64,000 bases of DNA from Botryllus schlosseri (lineage: Eukaryota): assembly GCA_051294905.1 (NCBI GenBank), contig CM119374.1:18290001-18354000 (forward strand). The letters run 5' to 3'. The notes beneath the pieces were generated by a model. The model saw only the letters and a list, made by a program, of their open reading frames with translations, searched no databases and was not told the origin of the DNA. A program made the position numbers and the translations under genes. How positions within the stretch are numbered: the first letter of the stretch is position 1; every line of letters begins with the position of its first letter. Positions 61,316 to 64,000 of this stretch are shown one piece after another.

Positions 61316-62289
61316 CAGTGTTGGGATCAAGTCACTACCTTCGAGTCACGAGTCATATCGAGTCATTGCACATTTTGACTCGAGTCAAGTCAAGTCAATC
61401 GATTTTCAAAGGTGACTCGAGTCAAGTCAAGTCACTCGTTTTTTGGAGGTGACTCGAGTCAAGTCGAGTCAAGTCAAGTCAAGTCACGAGTCAAGTCACG
61501 ATTCGAGTCAAATTGAATTTTCGAAGTATATGTGATGACCCAACTGTGTGACTGTGTGCTAACTGTGTAAAGGATAGATTAATTGGCCATTTATCTTGAA
61601 TCAAAGTTAAATATTCATTCAAAAAGGTGTTTTATCGCTCACGCACACGTAGAACTGATAATAAAATACGTGAATAACGTGAGCTACATGCTACAGTTTG
61701 ATTTTATCAGCCAATATAAAGGATCGAATACGAAGCCTCGAGAAGTTGAACAAATTGGTATGGTACAATAGGCTCTACCGACCTACACCTCTGTGAGAAT
61801 ATAAAGGCATAAACTATATTCGTTCGATTTAAATCATACAAGAGTGTTGGTAAAGGTGAGCACTGCGCAATGTAAGCACTAAGCTGCCTAAGAAGCAGAG
61901 ATACGATGCGATTAGATAAATCTACTGCTACTACGACAATGTAGGTGTGATGGTTTCGTAAGCGGTCAATTTATTTGTGATGTAACAATGGATGATCAGT
62001 GAAACTTATAATGATTGAAGACTGGTTGATCTCGCAAGTGACACCGGCGTATCGCTGACAACCAAAACATACATAATATAGGGTGATTTAATCGACACCG
62101 TTTACTTAATGACTTGAAATTGACTCGTGAATTTTGCTCCGAGTCACGAGTCAATCCGCATTTCTGAGGCGTCGAGTCAAGTCAAGTCAAGTCATTTTTG
62201 CAAAGTGACTCGAGTCAAGTCAAGTCATACGAAAAAGGTGACTCGAGTCTGACTCGAGTCAAGTCATGACTCGAGTCATCCCAACACTG
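61316..62289. mobile_element. hAT MITE with GAGTCAAGTC repeats
   Basis: TIR CAGTGTTGGGAT at both ends; TSD GTCTGAAG at 61308-61315 and 62290-62297. It sits inside a TAGGGCTG-terminated element (about 61241-63023). Confidence 0.8.
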
Positions 62290-62292
62290 GTC

Positions 62293-62620
62293 TGAAGAGC
62301 TTCTTGGAGGTACAGAACTTCAATATACAATTAAATAATATATATTCATATTGAAATGAACCCGAATATTTTCGGCTGACACTCGTCAGGGGTAATCGTC
62401 AGCAACTAGTAGAGAATCGTATCACAAAATATGACGTCACCAGCATGAAAGAGAGAGCCTCCAATGTAGCCTACGATTTTTAGGTGGTACACGAACTCCT
62501 TTTGTTGACATAGTTTTGGTTGGTGTATTTTGATAAAAGTCGACTCCAAGGCACACAAATCGGTCGTCTCGATAATTATTCGCACAAATCGGATTATCTA
62601 ACAGATGTTTGCCGATGAAT
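62293..62620 (-). mobile_element. Penelope-like element 3' fragment
   Basis: Minus strand reads IGKHLLDNPICANNYRDDRF / CALESTFIKIHQPKLCQQKEFVYHLKS* (internal deletion), followed by the same terminal repeat as at 18797. Confidence 0.8.
62358..62403 (-). ncRNA. Minimal type I hammerhead ribozyme motif in PLE repeat
   Basis: Minus strand GCTGACGATTACCC-CTGACGA-G-TGTCAGC-C-GAAA-ATAT-TC-GGGTTC; all conserved core positions are present. Activity is untested. Confidence 0.75.
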
Positions 62621-63231
62621 CGAGGCTATAGTAGTAAAAGACGATTTTTCGAGTACTTTGGTTATTTATTTTCATATATCAACGAGAGATATAGTTTCGA
62701 TACCTCGATTGGTCGAATCGCAGCATACGAAACATGTCGTACTACGATACAATGACATATTTCCGATGTCATGATCAACCCACAGCATTGCCAGCAGTGC
62801 AATGAAATAGGTAAGGTCGAAGAAAATGCCGCTAAAGTATCTTTAATGTGATGTAGTAATAGGCATTGTATTCTTTTTGGAATGTGGATGCATAAAAGAT
62901 AGGTCCAGCTTTCAAATCTCACATACTGATATGACGTCATAATGAGGGATACTCGAGTCGACTCGAAGCCTAATGCATGATTCAGAATCGGATCACTCAG
63001 GTACTCGATGTTGTGCAGCCCTACTAAACTAATACGGTCAGGGGTGCTCATCACGTCGATGACGACCTACCTGCTGGCAGACGACGAGGCCGTAATTGTA
63101 GCACAGCATAGTTGATGGCCTTTATTTGATAAGCAGGTTAACCAGTGTCCTGACCCAGAAAATATTATGTATTTAAAATCGGTATAACAACAGCGTTCGG
63201 ATAAAACTGGTTTCATTGAATATTAAGGTGG

Positions 63232-64000
63232 TCATCATCATCATCATTGGTTTATTAGCAATTTTATCAGTTCAATACACCATAAAAATGCGATACAATG
63301 AAAAGACAGGAAGATGTCGAAGCGACAAGGAGTAGTCTATGGAATCTGACACCCACCTTGGCCTAGGCGATGTAAAGAGGAGGCATGCACACTGAATGAA
63401 AGTAAAGAAGTTAGTATAGAAGAAGAATGCGACAAGAAATAGGGCGGCATGTCATGGGAAGCGAGATCGATAGGTCAGTCGTGGTCCGGTAATCTTGGGG
63501 ATGGACTGTATTTATTTAGTAGTAATTGCTTGTATTTCGACTTGAATGTGGACATGCTCGTCGACTGTCGGATGGCCGGCGGGATACTGTTCCACACATC
63601 AGGTCCGGCATATTTGATGGAGCGATGATCTTTTCGGTCGATCATATGATATTTGGACGACGTGGACGCGCGTGTGTTGTACTTGTGCGCTTTTGATTCA
63701 GAGGTAAAGAAGTCATTGAAATATTCGGGGCAACGACCGCAGTGAAACTGATACATAAACTTGGCGATTTCTAGTTTCCGCATATCTTCTATGTTTAGGA
63801 CGCCGAATCTCTTCAGCAGCGACTTATTGGATGGGCAGCCAGGCCCCTTTGGGGCCCTAGCTATGATTCGGAGCACTTTATGCTGTAGTTTCTGCAGTGG
63901 CTTGAGTGCAGTTTTACTGGCAGCCCCCCAACAGAGGATGCCATGATGTAACTTGACCACCAGCTAATGGATTACTGGAGTTTGGTACTGTGGTTTCACG
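63232..64000 (-). mobile_element. CR1/L2-type LINE 3' end (RT C-terminal region, 3' UTR, (TGA)n tail); runs off the window
   Basis: ORF 63475-63960 (GILCWGAASKTALKPLQKLQHKVLRII...SIKYAGPDVWNSIP...FKSKYKQLLL) has the post-RT motifs of CR1/L2-clade LINEs. Confidence 0.85.

Noticed and set aside
61316-62289. Regular GAGTCAAGTC/GACTCGAGTC repeats as a CRISPR-like array
   Set aside because: There are no constant-length unique spacers and no cas genes. The repeats are subterminal motifs of a TIR/TSD-bounded hAT MITE in a eukaryotic context.

Overview
This is eukaryotic, AT-rich, intron-rich animal DNA. An invertebrate, possibly ascidian-like, origin is inferred only from gene style. By reading splice sites I reconstructed three protein-coding genes. 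(1) A 31-coding-exon TRPM2-like channel-enzyme on + (28209-57711, about 1476 aa) with a C-terminal NUDT9-H domain whose Nudix box looks intact. (2) A secreted collectin-like C-type lectin gene on - (887-5774). (3) A 3-exon THAP-only gene on - (12523-13331) inside a 2.2-kb P-like DNA transposon with 28-bp TIRs and an 8-bp TSD. Most of the remaining sequence is transposon-derived: at least 14 hAT-type non-autonomous elements with readable 8-bp TSDs (including a four-deep nest at 20141-25577), CR1/L2-type LINE 3' ends, tRNA-derived SINEs, a 9-bp-TSD foldback element filled with TTAGGG-like repeats, a 597-bp near-perfect hairpin in a TRPM intron, and Penelope-like element ends carrying minimal hammerhead ribozyme cores. 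No prokaryotic system, CRISPR array or rRNA is present. All assignments come from manual reading and recalled family motifs; no database search or folding computation was run.
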